A stretch of 64,000 nucleotides of DNA, from contig CAYYMM010000002.1 in assembly GCA_964472395.1 (NCBI GenBank), positions 48,150 through 112,149 of the forward strand, written 5' to 3'. Below are positions 18,613 to 27,132 of this stretch, in pieces. The DNA comes from an uncultured bacterium. Its GTDB lineage: Bacteria; CSSED10-310; CALFER01. Within the stretch, counting starts at the first letter, position 1. Each line of letters starts with the position of its first letter. Made by a program: the position numbers and the translations under genes. The notes beneath the pieces are model-generated. The model was not told the DNA's origin and searched no databases. It was given only the letters and a program-made list of their open reading frames with translations.

Positions 18613-20601
18613 ATGGCCGAAAAAATCACGATCCGAATCAATGGAAACGCGATCAAAGCGACACGGGGAGCGAACCTGCTCAAGGTGCTCCAGGAGAACG
18701 GCTACGACATCCCCACCCTGTGCGCTCACAAGGATCTCTCACCGGGCGGGACCTGCAGGATGTGCCTGGTCGAACTGGAATCGAGCGGAGTTCGATCCCT
18801 GGTGACATCGTGCAACTGTACCGTTGATGCCGACATCGATGTTTTTACGGAATCCGAGCCGGTTATCCGGAACCGAAAACGGCTCGCCGAACTGTATCTC
18901 GGTCGTTTCCCGAACGTCCCCGTCATCCGGGAACTCGCCGCGCGGTGTGGCGTGGCTTCCTCACGTTTCAGTTCGCCGGTGACCGATCCGAATCCGCGTG
19001 CCTGCATCCTGTGCGGGCGCTGCGTCCGGGCCTGCAAGGAATTCGTGATCGAACGGATCCTCGATTTTGCAGGAAAAGGGATCAACCGGCATGTCGCGAT
19101 GCCCTTCAATGAAATGGACGAGCACTGCGTGGGTTGCTCATCGTGCGCTTACGTCTGTCCGACCGGCGCCATACGAATCGTCGACGATCTGAATCAGCCT
19201 GTGAATCCGCAACTCATCCGTGATCACGGGATGAAGGTGAACGCCGAGATGGCAACACTCGATAAGGCGCAGAACCGGATGCGGGAAGTGGGGACGGCCA
19301 ACATCGTCGAAGTCATGGACAAGTATGAACTGCTGCCTGTCATGAATTACCGATTCGGATCTCACCCCGATACCCCGAAGATCGACTCGAAAGTCCTGAA
19401 AAGCCGATACTTCACGCAGGAAATGGCCGATGGCTGCTGGCGGGGTTGCTCGATGGCCTGCGCTAAAGCCGTCGATAACTACACGCTTCGGACCGGACCT
19501 TATAAAGGCCAGAAGGTCTGCGTGGATGGTCCCGAATATGAGACATCCGGCGGAGGCGCCAACATGGGATGTTTCGATCCGGATTTCATCGTCGAATACA
19601 ATTTCTACTGCGATACGTATGGCATCGACACGATCAGTTTCGCCACGACGATGGGTTTCGTGATGGAGGCTTTCGAGGCGGGGCAGATCACGGAACACCA
19701 CACGGGTGGATTGAAACTCAATTTCGGAGCTGTCGACGATGCGCTCGAAGTCCTGCATCAGATGGCGCGAGGTAAGGGATTCGGCGTGGATGTCGGCCAG
19801 GGAATCCGGTGGCTCAAAGAGAAATGGGTGCGCGAGTACGGCGCGGACCGGCAGTTCCTGCAGGATATCGGCATGGAATGCAAAGGACTGGAGGTCTCCG
19901 AGTATCTACCGAAGGAATCACTGGCCCAGCAGGCCGGATACGGACTTGCGATCAAGGGACCGCAACACGATGAAGCCTGGCTCATCTTCATGGACATGGT
20001 CAACAACCAGATTCCCACATTTGAGGACAAGGCTGAAGCCCTGTACTACTTCCCCCTTTTCCGGACATGGTTCGGCCTCATGGGATTGTGCAAGATCATC
20101 TGGAACGATGTCGTTCCGGCCAACAACAAATTCGAAAAAGAAGCTGCCAAGATCCCCGATCATGTGAACAACTATTTCAAATACTGGGAAGGGATGACCG
20201 GAATTCCTCTGAATGAGGAAAGCATGCTGCTGCAATCCGCTCGCGTTTATAACCTGCAACGTGTCATGAGTGTTCTGTTGGGGTACGGGACTCGCGAGTA
20301 TGATCGAATGCCGTATCGCGGCATGGGCCCCGTCACACCTCCCGAGTATGAATGGCGCAAGGACTATTTCGACAAACAACTCAGGGATATTCTCGGAGTC
20401 GACCCCGAGGGCAAGTCGACGGAGGAGAAGATCCGGATATTGCGGGCACACCGTGAAGACCAGTATGAGAAAGTCACGGATGTCGTCTATCGGAGGCGCG
20501 GATGGACGAAGAACGGCGTTCCGAAATTGAGCCGCCTCAAAGAACTCGGAATCGATCTGCCGGAAATCGTGGCCATCGTCAAGGATCGACAGGACGACTG
20601 A
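18613..20601 (+). CDS. Fusion of a NuoG/HydA-like N-terminal Fe-S module with the AOR/WOR C-terminal (tungstopterin/[4Fe-4S]) domains
   Basis: PTLC...GTCRMC...TSC [2Fe-2S], CILCGRCVRAC and CVGCSSCAYVCP, then GCWRGCSMAC, GPEYE, CDTYGIDTIS, GPQHD, GLC and YRRRGW..NGVP. Confidence 0.9.
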   Translation: MAEKITIRINGNAIKATRGANLLKVLQENGYDIPTLCAHKDLSPGGTCRMCLVELESSGVRSLVTSCNCTVDADIDVFTESEPVIRNRKRLAELYLGRFPNVPVIRELAARCGVASSRFSSPVTDPNPRACILCGRCVRACKEFVIERILDFAGKGINRHVAMPFNEMDEHCVGCSSCAYVCPTGAIRIVDDLNQPVNPQLIRDHGMKVNAEMATLDKAQNRMREVGTANIVEVMDKYELLPVMNYRFGSHPDTPKIDSKVLKSRYFTQEMADGCWRGCSMACAKAVDNYTLRTGPYKGQKVCVDGPEYETSGGGANMGCFDPDFIVEYNFYCDTYGIDTISFATTMGFVMEAFEAGQITEHHTGGLKLNFGAVDDALEVLHQMARGKGFGVDVGQGIRWLKEKWVREYGADRQFLQDIGMECKGLEVSEYLPKESLAQQAGYGLAIKGPQHDEAWLIFMDMVNNQIPTFEDKAEALYYFPLFRTWFGLMGLCKIIWNDVVPANNKFEKEAAKIPDHVNNYFKYWEGMTGIPLNEESMLLQSARVYNLQRVMSVLLGYGTREYDRMPYRGMGPVTPPEYEWRKDYFDKQLRDILGVDPEGKSTEEKIRILRAHREDQYEKVTDVVYRRRGWTKNGVPKLSRLKELGIDLPEIVAIVKDRQDD

Positions 20602-20605
20602 GTGC

Positions 20606-21253
20606 ATGTCGGCGAACGTCGATATCTTTGAGCGAAACGTACCGGATCAGACGAACGCGTTGCGGGAAGCGACCGTCGGCATCGCGGGATGCGGGGGACT
20701 GGGATCCAACATCGCCGTATCGCTTGTTCGTGCCGGCATCGGACGCCTCATCCTGGTCGATTTCGACCGGGTCGAACCCTCGAATCTCAATCGCCAGCAC
20801 TTCTACCTGTCTGACATCGGGCAACTGAAAGTCGAGGCCTTGAGTCGGCATCTGACCGCTATCAATCCGGATGTCAGAATTCATTCGCATCCTGAACGGC
20901 TCGATGCGGAACGGACACCGATTGTGTTCCGGGAAGCGGATTTATTGATAGAGGCTTTCGATCGGGCCGAGAGCAAGAAGTGGTTGATCGAGGCCTGGTG
21001 CGCAGCCTATCCGGACCGACCGATCATCTGTGGAAACGGCTTGTCTGGCGCTGGTGACACCGAATCGCTTCGTGTACTGAAAATGGGTAACATCACCATG
21101 TGCGGTGATGGACGAACGGACATGGCAATCGGATTGAGCGCGCCGAGAGTGGCGATCGTTGCGGCCATGCAGGCAAACGAAGCCGTTGCGTACTTCTTGA
21201 AATGCCATGCGGCGTGCAGGGCTGCGTCCGAAAGGGAGCGGGAGGGTCGATGA
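20606..21253 (+). CDS. thiF: Sulfur carrier protein adenylyltransferase ThiF/MoeB-like
   Basis: GIAGCGGLGS, DFDRVEPSNLNRQ, EAFD motifs. Confidence 0.88.
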   Translation: MSANVDIFERNVPDQTNALREATVGIAGCGGLGSNIAVSLVRAGIGRLILVDFDRVEPSNLNRQHFYLSDIGQLKVEALSRHLTAINPDVRIHSHPERLDAERTPIVFREADLLIEAFDRAESKKWLIEAWCAAYPDRPIICGNGLSGAGDTESLRVLKMGNITMCGDGRTDMAIGLSAPRVAIVAAMQANEAVAYFLKCHAACRAASEREREGR

Positions 21254-21447
21254 TCCGAGTCAATGGAGAATTATTGGAGTGGACGGAGGGTATGACCGTT
21301 CAAGACATGTTGAATAAAAAAGGTTACGACTTTGCGTTGATCATCGTCACGATCAATGACCGGCTGATACCCGACGATGAGTATGAGGAAACCCAGATAC
21401 CGGATCAGGCCGATGTCAAAGCCCTGCACATTCACCACGGTGGTTGA
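21250..21447 (+). CDS. thiS: ThiS/MoaD-like ubiquitin-fold sulfur carrier
   Basis: 65 aa, I.VNG start, C-terminal GG. ATGA overlap with thiF. Confidence 0.88.
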   Translation: MIRVNGELLEWTEGMTVQDMLNKKGYDFALIIVTINDRLIPDDEYEETQIPDQADVKALHIHHGG

Positions 21448-21465
21448 ATTCGAGGGACACCTTAC

Positions 21466-22764
21466 TTAAACCCGTGGGATCCGGTTGATTTCCTCCAGCA
21501 GTTCAAATGGTGTGGCGAATCGTTCTTCCGGTCGTCGTCGCGTCAGTTTGTTGATCATCGTGCAGAACACGGGCGACAGATTCCGGTTGAGGGTGGGATC
21601 CAGAATCGCCTCGTCCCCGTCAAGTCTCGCGAGGATCGACGCGTACGGAGATTCACGTTCATAAGGGTTTGTGCCGGTCACCGCGTGATGGATGGTAAGC
21701 CCCAGCGAGTACAGGTCTGCTCGGATATCAATCGGGCGGGCATCCAGAACCTGTTCCGGCGCAAGATACCCCGGCGTACCGACGACATGGCCGATCGTCG
21801 TAGCCGTGCGATCGATCATGCGTCTCGATATCCCGAGATCCCCTAATTTGGCCTGCCATGAATCCGTCACGAAGATATTGCCAGGTTTGACATCCCGATG
21901 CAGCACCTGATGATCGTGCAAGTGATTCAGGGCCCGGGCGATGCATTCGATCAACGACATCGCCTCCGATTCCTTCAACCAGATCCCTGACCTTATGATG
22001 GCCTGCAGTGTTCTTCCAGGGACGTACTCCATGATCTGATAAATAAAATCGGGTGTGCGTTTTATTTCGAGAATCTGAACGAGACATGGGTGAGGAGGCA
22101 GTTCCAATCCAATGAGTGCGCCGCGGAAAAAACGCTGCAGATCGCGTACATTCCCCAGTTGAGACGGTTTGATGACTTTGACGGCGACCGATTCGTTCGT
22201 CGCCTTGTTCAAAGCTCGAAACACGGCGCCGGTGGCTCCCGATCCGATTTTTTCGACCATCGTGTACGCCGGTAGAAATGCATCCGCGGTTTTTCCGTCC
22301 GGAGTATCCGAAGACGTCATGGGATGCGTCGACTCGGAAGCCGTCGATTCCGCATGACGGATGTGCACTTTGATCTTCGCCCTGAGGATCGATTCGGGAA
22401 CCGGTTTATGCAGATAGTCATCCGCGCCGGAATCGTATGCCCTCAGGATCGAATTCTCACTGGAATCGCTCGAGTAGAAAAGCACCGGTACATCAAACTG
22501 ATGATGCAATTTAATCACTGCACAGGTTTCGTAACCGTCGTGACCTTTCAATTGATCGGAGATGATGATCAGGCTGGGTGATTCCCGTTGGGTTAGTCGG
22601 ACCAGGCGATAACTGTCGGGAGTGGTGATGACGTGATAACCCGAATTTCTGAGATATGAGGCGGTCAGGCTGAGATCTGCAAGATTGGAATCGCCGATGA
22701 GAATGACCGGTATCGACCGGGTCTTCGGATCTGTCTGATTATCGATCTGATGACGTTCCTCCAC
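21466..22764 (-). CDS. Receiver (REC)-domain Ser/Thr protein kinase
   Basis: N-terminal REC-like domain ending DYLHKP. Kinase motifs GSGATGAV, VAVK, HRDVKPGN, DLG, GTPGYLAPE. GTG start. Confidence 0.9.
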   Translation of the reverse strand: MEERHQIDNQTDPKTRSIPVILIGDSNLADLSLTASYLRNSGYHVITTPDSYRLVRLTQRESPSLIIISDQLKGHDGYETCAVIKLHHQFDVPVLFYSSDSSENSILRAYDSGADDYLHKPVPESILRAKIKVHIRHAESTASESTHPMTSSDTPDGKTADAFLPAYTMVEKIGSGATGAVFRALNKATNESVAVKVIKPSQLGNVRDLQRFFRGALIGLELPPHPCLVQILEIKRTPDFIYQIMEYVPGRTLQAIIRSGIWLKESEAMSLIECIARALNHLHDHQVLHRDVKPGNIFVTDSWQAKLGDLGISRRMIDRTATTIGHVVGTPGYLAPEQVLDARPIDIRADLYSLGLTIHHAVTGTNPYERESPYASILARLDGDEAILDPTLNRNLSPVFCTMINKLTRRRPEERFATPFELLEEINRIPRV

Positions 22765-23135
22765 CTTGGCCTCCCGGACGGCTCGAAGGCCGGTCCTCTC
22801 TGACGGAAGGAATCATAGAACACATCATGCATGGGAGCAAGCCGGTGTGCTTCGTCGGAAATACGGATTAGAACCGGGGTAAAAAGAGAGCGCCTCCGGA
22901 GTATGGCCGAAGGCGCTGGGAGGAAAGGGTGAGTGGTGGTTAAACTCACACATTAGTTTGATAAAGCAATTTCAATGCCAGTTTTCGATGTCTCGATATA
23001 GCTTCTTCCCTGTATGAAAAAATCGCAACATGGGATCCCGCTGGGGAATCCCCTCCTCAAAATAGAATCGCGGTTGGGAGACTACACCCCAGTATGGGGT
23101 TATCCCGGCCAATCGGAGGCACCTGGCGGGTTGAC

Positions 23136-23164
23136 TTGAGAATCGGAAGGGAATGTCCTATGAT
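23136..23164 (+). promoter_or_regulatory. Sigma-70 type promoter for the SHMT-like gene
   Basis: TTGAGA-N17-TATGAT about 50 nt upstream of the start codon. Confidence 0.6.
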
Positions 23165-23213
23165 ATTAGGCCGATCCATAACGGAATGGATCCGAACTGC
23201 ACGGAGGTTCTGC

Positions 23214-24659
23214 ATGACTCAGTTTATAGAAAAAGTATCGCATCTGGTGTCCCGCGCCGTCGCCAACAACACATGGAGGCAGCATCATTGCCTCAATCTG
23301 ATTCCATCCGAAACGACACCGAGTCTTCTCGTGAAGATGTGTGAAATTTCCGATCCCGCCGGCCGTTATGCCGAACATCGTACGATGAAGGGACGCGAAG
23401 TCTATTTTTATCAGGGAACCGATTTCATTCGAGATGTTGAGATCGAGTGTCAGGCCGCTATGGGAGAATTTTTCGGATGCTCGCAGGCTGAACTCAGGCC
23501 GATCTCCGGTCAGATGGCCAATGAAGTCGTCTTCAAAGGCGTCACCAAGTTTCTGAACAAGCGGGACAACACGGAATTCCGCCGGATCCGGGCCGTCATG
23601 AACAACGATCTCGGGAAAGGCGGGCATCTCTCCAGCCAACCCATGGGTGCCCTGTTCAATTACGTCGATCCGGATCCCGCCTCCAAGAAAGAAAATTGCA
23701 TCAACTTCCCGATTCAGGCCGGGAATCCCTATCGGATCGATGTCCCAAAGCTTCTTGAAATCGTCCATGATGCCAAACCGGAACTGGTCGTTTTCGGCAA
23801 GAGCATGTTCATCTGTCCGGAACCGGTGCGTGAGTTTTACAATGTGGTAAAAGATTGGGAAAACCGGCCGATCATCATGTTCGATATGGCCCACGTTCTC
23901 GGACTGTACGGCGCTTTTCAGACTCCGTTGCAGGAAGGTGCAGACATCGTGACCGGTTCGACTCACAAAACCTTTTTCGGACCGCAGCGCGGGGTGATCG
24001 TATCGAATTTCGACAAGAACCACCCGTTTCGGCCGCTCTGGGTCGAGATCAAATCGAGGGCGTTCCCGGGTTCGACATCGAACCACCATCTCGGTACGTT
24101 GCTTGCGCTCCTCATGGCGACGCACGAGATGAACGAATTCAAGACCGAGTATCAAACCCAGGTATGTCGCAACGCCCGCGCATTTGCGCAAGCGCTGGTC
24201 CGCGCCGGCATGACCGTCGAAGGCGATGCCTCAGAAGGATACACGCATACTCATCAGGTTCTGCTCAGAGTCATCCAGCATGGCGATGGTGAAGCCATCG
24301 CACGCCGGTTGGAGGAGAACAACATCGTTTGCAACTATCAGGCCCTTCCAGACGATGAAACTTTCCTGAAATCCAGCGGATTACGGTTGGGCGTTCAGGA
24401 GATGACCCGATATGGCATGGTTGAATCTGATTTTGATGCCATCGCGGGATTCATCGCCGATGTCGTCATCCGAAACGCGAATGTGAGACAGGCGGTGAGC
24501 GATTTCCGCCGCAAGTTCCTCATCCAAACCTTCTGTCTGCCTGCGAAGCAGTCACTGGAATTCGGAGCTCAACTCCTGGCGACCGTTCTCCCCTCCTCCA
24601 CCTACGCGACTGAATTCGCGAATAACCTCCATTCACTCGCTCATACTCTCCCCGCCTGA
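23214..24659 (+). CDS. glyA: Serine hydroxymethyltransferase-family PLP enzyme (divergent)
   Basis: LNLIPSE, RYAE, YQG, GGHL, DMAHVLG, GSTHKTFFGPQRG (PLP Lys), SGLRLG. GGAGG RBS before ATG 23214. Confidence 0.75.
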   Translation: MTQFIEKVSHLVSRAVANNTWRQHHCLNLIPSETTPSLLVKMCEISDPAGRYAEHRTMKGREVYFYQGTDFIRDVEIECQAAMGEFFGCSQAELRPISGQMANEVVFKGVTKFLNKRDNTEFRRIRAVMNNDLGKGGHLSSQPMGALFNYVDPDPASKKENCINFPIQAGNPYRIDVPKLLEIVHDAKPELVVFGKSMFICPEPVREFYNVVKDWENRPIIMFDMAHVLGLYGAFQTPLQEGADIVTGSTHKTFFGPQRGVIVSNFDKNHPFRPLWVEIKSRAFPGSTSNHHLGTLLALLMATHEMNEFKTEYQTQVCRNARAFAQALVRAGMTVEGDASEGYTHTHQVLLRVIQHGDGEAIARRLEENNIVCNYQALPDDETFLKSSGLRLGVQEMTRYGMVESDFDAIAGFIADVVIRNANVRQAVSDFRRKFLIQTFCLPAKQSLEFGAQLLATVLPSSTYATEFANNLHSLAHTLPA

Positions 24660-24666
24660 TCACTTC

Positions 24667-25851
24667 ATGAATCATCTGCCGCGCATTCGAGTATCTGAAC
24701 AGGGATGCAGGGAAATCCAATCTGGGGGAGTCATTTTGCGCCCGAATCACATCGATTCCGTCGCGCCGGATGTCTCCCCCGGCGATCTCGTCCATATCAT
24801 CTCGAACCAGCATGCCTGCTGCGGAATCGGCTACTACAATCCGGCATCACGGCTCCCGTTACGCATTCTGACGACCCGGGATGAAACGATCGATGCCGAT
24901 TTCTGGAAACGACGGTTTGAAAGCGCGCACCGGTTCCGGAGTCAGTTTTTTGACGATTCGGATTCCTTCCGCTTGATTTACGGCGAGTCGGATAATCTAC
25001 CCGGGCTCGTTGTAGATCGTTTCTCCGATGTTCTTGTCGTTCAGGTCACCACGCTGGGCATGGAACGATTGATCGATCCGATCGTGCAGAAGTTGGATGA
25101 GATATTCAACCCCCGTGCGGTCATTCTTGCGGCTGATTCCCAATCGAGACTCAAGGAAGGTCTGCCGTTGTATCGAAAAATCATCAGGGGAGACATCAGC
25201 ATGCCGTTTATGGCGCAGGTAGACGGTATCACGCATTACATCGATCCTCTGGCCGGACATAAAACGGGTTTCTTCCTGGACCATCGCATGAATCGACTCG
25301 ATGCCGCGCGCCTGTCGCGCGGTCGCCGCGTGCTGGATATGTTCTGTTATAGCGGTGCTTTCGCCATTCGCGCAGCCATCGAGGGCGCTGAACGGGTCAC
25401 GGCCATCGATCTGTTCGACCCCGCCATCGAACTCGGACGCCGAACCGCTTCTGCGCACGGCATTCCCCAGGATCGCTGCATGTTCATCCGGAACGAAGCC
25501 TCGCGTTTTCTCCAGGACCACGCCGGCGGCGCCGAATGGGATCTGATCTTTCTCGACCCGCCTTCATTAGTGAGAGGGGTCGGGCGAGCCCAGAGAAACA
25601 ACTCCAATTACCGCAAAATCAATCGCCTCGCCCTCCAGTGCCTCGCTCCTCAGGGCATTCTCGTCACATCGATTTGCTCGTTCCATACCCATCTCCAGGA
25701 GTTCAAGGATCTCTTGACGGACGCATTGACCGAGAGCGGTCGGCAGGGACGCATTTTCAAATCCAGTGGAGCAGGTCCGGACCACCCGGTCCGTCCGGGA
25801 CTCTGGGAATCCGAGTATCTGAAATGCCTGTTCATCCAGATGTTCGACTGA
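24667..25851 (+). CDS. rlmI: RlmI-like class I SAM-dependent rRNA methyltransferase
   Basis: N-terminal PUA-like region, GESDNLPGLVVDRF, GHKTGFFLDHR, VLDMFCYSG, DPP. Confidence 0.85.
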   Translation: MNHLPRIRVSEQGCREIQSGGVILRPNHIDSVAPDVSPGDLVHIISNQHACCGIGYYNPASRLPLRILTTRDETIDADFWKRRFESAHRFRSQFFDDSDSFRLIYGESDNLPGLVVDRFSDVLVVQVTTLGMERLIDPIVQKLDEIFNPRAVILAADSQSRLKEGLPLYRKIIRGDISMPFMAQVDGITHYIDPLAGHKTGFFLDHRMNRLDAARLSRGRRVLDMFCYSGAFAIRAAIEGAERVTAIDLFDPAIELGRRTASAHGIPQDRCMFIRNEASRFLQDHAGGAEWDLIFLDPPSLVRGVGRAQRNNSNYRKINRLALQCLAPQGILVTSICSFHTHLQEFKDLLTDALTESGRQGRIFKSSGAGPDHPVRPGLWESEYLKCLFIQMFD

Positions 25852-26411
25852 TCGTTGCGCAAGACCGCGAGTCAGTACCCGTTCTCATCGCTCTCGCCCT
25901 GACCATCCTCTCATTCACCCCAAACGGTCTCGCGTCCACCAAACCCTTCACCAGTCGTCTGCTCCTGTCGTTCCACCTGTCACCAAGCCTTGTGATTCCA
26001 ACGGTTGACGAGCGACAGGATCAGTGGATGGCCTCCATGGGAACACTGATCGAAGTCCCCCTGTTTTCGAGACACCAGATTGGTGTGTTTATCGATGGGA
26101 TTCATTTCCGCACACAAGCCGGCGATGTGTCGCTCCTGAGCGCCGGATTCTCGGACCGGATTTTCCTGCATGGCAATCATCGGTTCAACGGACCGTTTCT
26201 GCGGTGGTTCACAGGGGCGGCTGCATCAGATCGTTATTTTCCAGGTAACGGAGCGCGTCTGAACTTCAGATCCGGTCTGCTCGCGGGACTTTTCTCGAAA
26301 AACCATACCGCCTACCTCGAAGCCGGAATTGAGCATGTTTCAAACGGGTATCTGCGTGATCCGAACATCGGGATCAATGCGCTGACCGTTCGGATCGGAT
26401 TTCGAGTCTAG
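25824..26411 (+). CDS. PagL-like (acyloxyacyl hydrolase / lipid A 3-O-deacylase) outer-membrane protein
   Basis: Hydrophobic N-terminal segment, amphipathic beta strands and C-terminal EHVSNG...PNIGIN motif. Start uncertain. Confidence 0.55.
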   Translation: MPVHPDVRLIVAQDRESVPVLIALALTILSFTPNGLASTKPFTSRLLLSFHLSPSLVIPTVDERQDQWMASMGTLIEVPLFSRHQIGVFIDGIHFRTQAGDVSLLSAGFSDRIFLHGNHRFNGPFLRWFTGAAASDRYFPGNGARLNFRSGLLAGLFSKNHTAYLEAGIEHVSNGYLRDPNIGINALTVRIGFRV

Positions 26412-26490
26412 CGATGGCGGTATATCGCAGCGATTCTCAAGTTGAACCGTTCGGCTCGAATTCCGTAAAATACAGGTGGAGGGGAAGAGG

Positions 26491-27114
26491 ATGAAGCGCT
26501 ATCGGAACCTCGTTATCTCACTCGGGCTCGTGTGCCTCGTCGCTCCCGTATTCGGAGCGGTCGATCTGATCGAACAATCGATGTTGCCGGTCCGGGATGC
26601 CCTGGACGAGTTACTCATCAAAACCCAGCATGTCTTCGTACAGAGAGACGATTCCGTGGATGCCTTTCATATTGCCGGCACGGGCGCGCTCTGGGTCGGC
26701 CGGATCTCGATTACCGGCTCTCAAAGTCTGTCGATCTCCATCAATGACTGGAACAAATGGTTTGAAAATTCGGGTCGTCGCAAGGATGAAAATGCTGCTC
26801 GGGACAACAACCAGGATCTGAATAAAATCAAGCGTCTTCTGGAGATGGATGCCGAACGCCTCAACCAGATGGAGCAGCGCGTTACGATGTTCAAGAAGGA
26901 GCTGATCCAGTTCGTGTCCCAGCACTGGGTCGCGTTGAAGAATCTGCCGGCCAATGAATCCCTTTTCCTGGTATTCAAGGTGGCGGATGAAGAATTCGCA
27001 TCGAAGTTCGGGACTTCGACCCTGATGCTTCAGGTCTCGATGAGCGACCTGATCGGTCACACCCCCGAGGCCGAGCGGTCGATTCCCGACAGTGCCTTCA
27101 GATTCAATCTCTGA
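26491..27114 (+). CDS. Secreted hypothetical protein
   Basis: Signal peptide MKRYRNLVISLGLVCLVAPVFG, purine-rich RBS, typical codon usage. Confidence 0.75.
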   Translation: MKRYRNLVISLGLVCLVAPVFGAVDLIEQSMLPVRDALDELLIKTQHVFVQRDDSVDAFHIAGTGALWVGRISITGSQSLSISINDWNKWFENSGRRKDENAARDNNQDLNKIKRLLEMDAERLNQMEQRVTMFKKELIQFVSQHWVALKNLPANESLFLVFKVADEEFASKFGTSTLMLQVSMSDLIGHTPEAERSIPDSAFRFNL

Positions 27115-27132
27115 TCAGTTCCCGGCAGCCGA

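Noticed and set aside
22765-23135. Possible ZTP/THF/glycine riboswitch upstream of the SHMT-like gene
   Set aside because: Consensus elements not found, and a good sigma-70 promoter lies downstream of the hairpins, leaving only a short leader.
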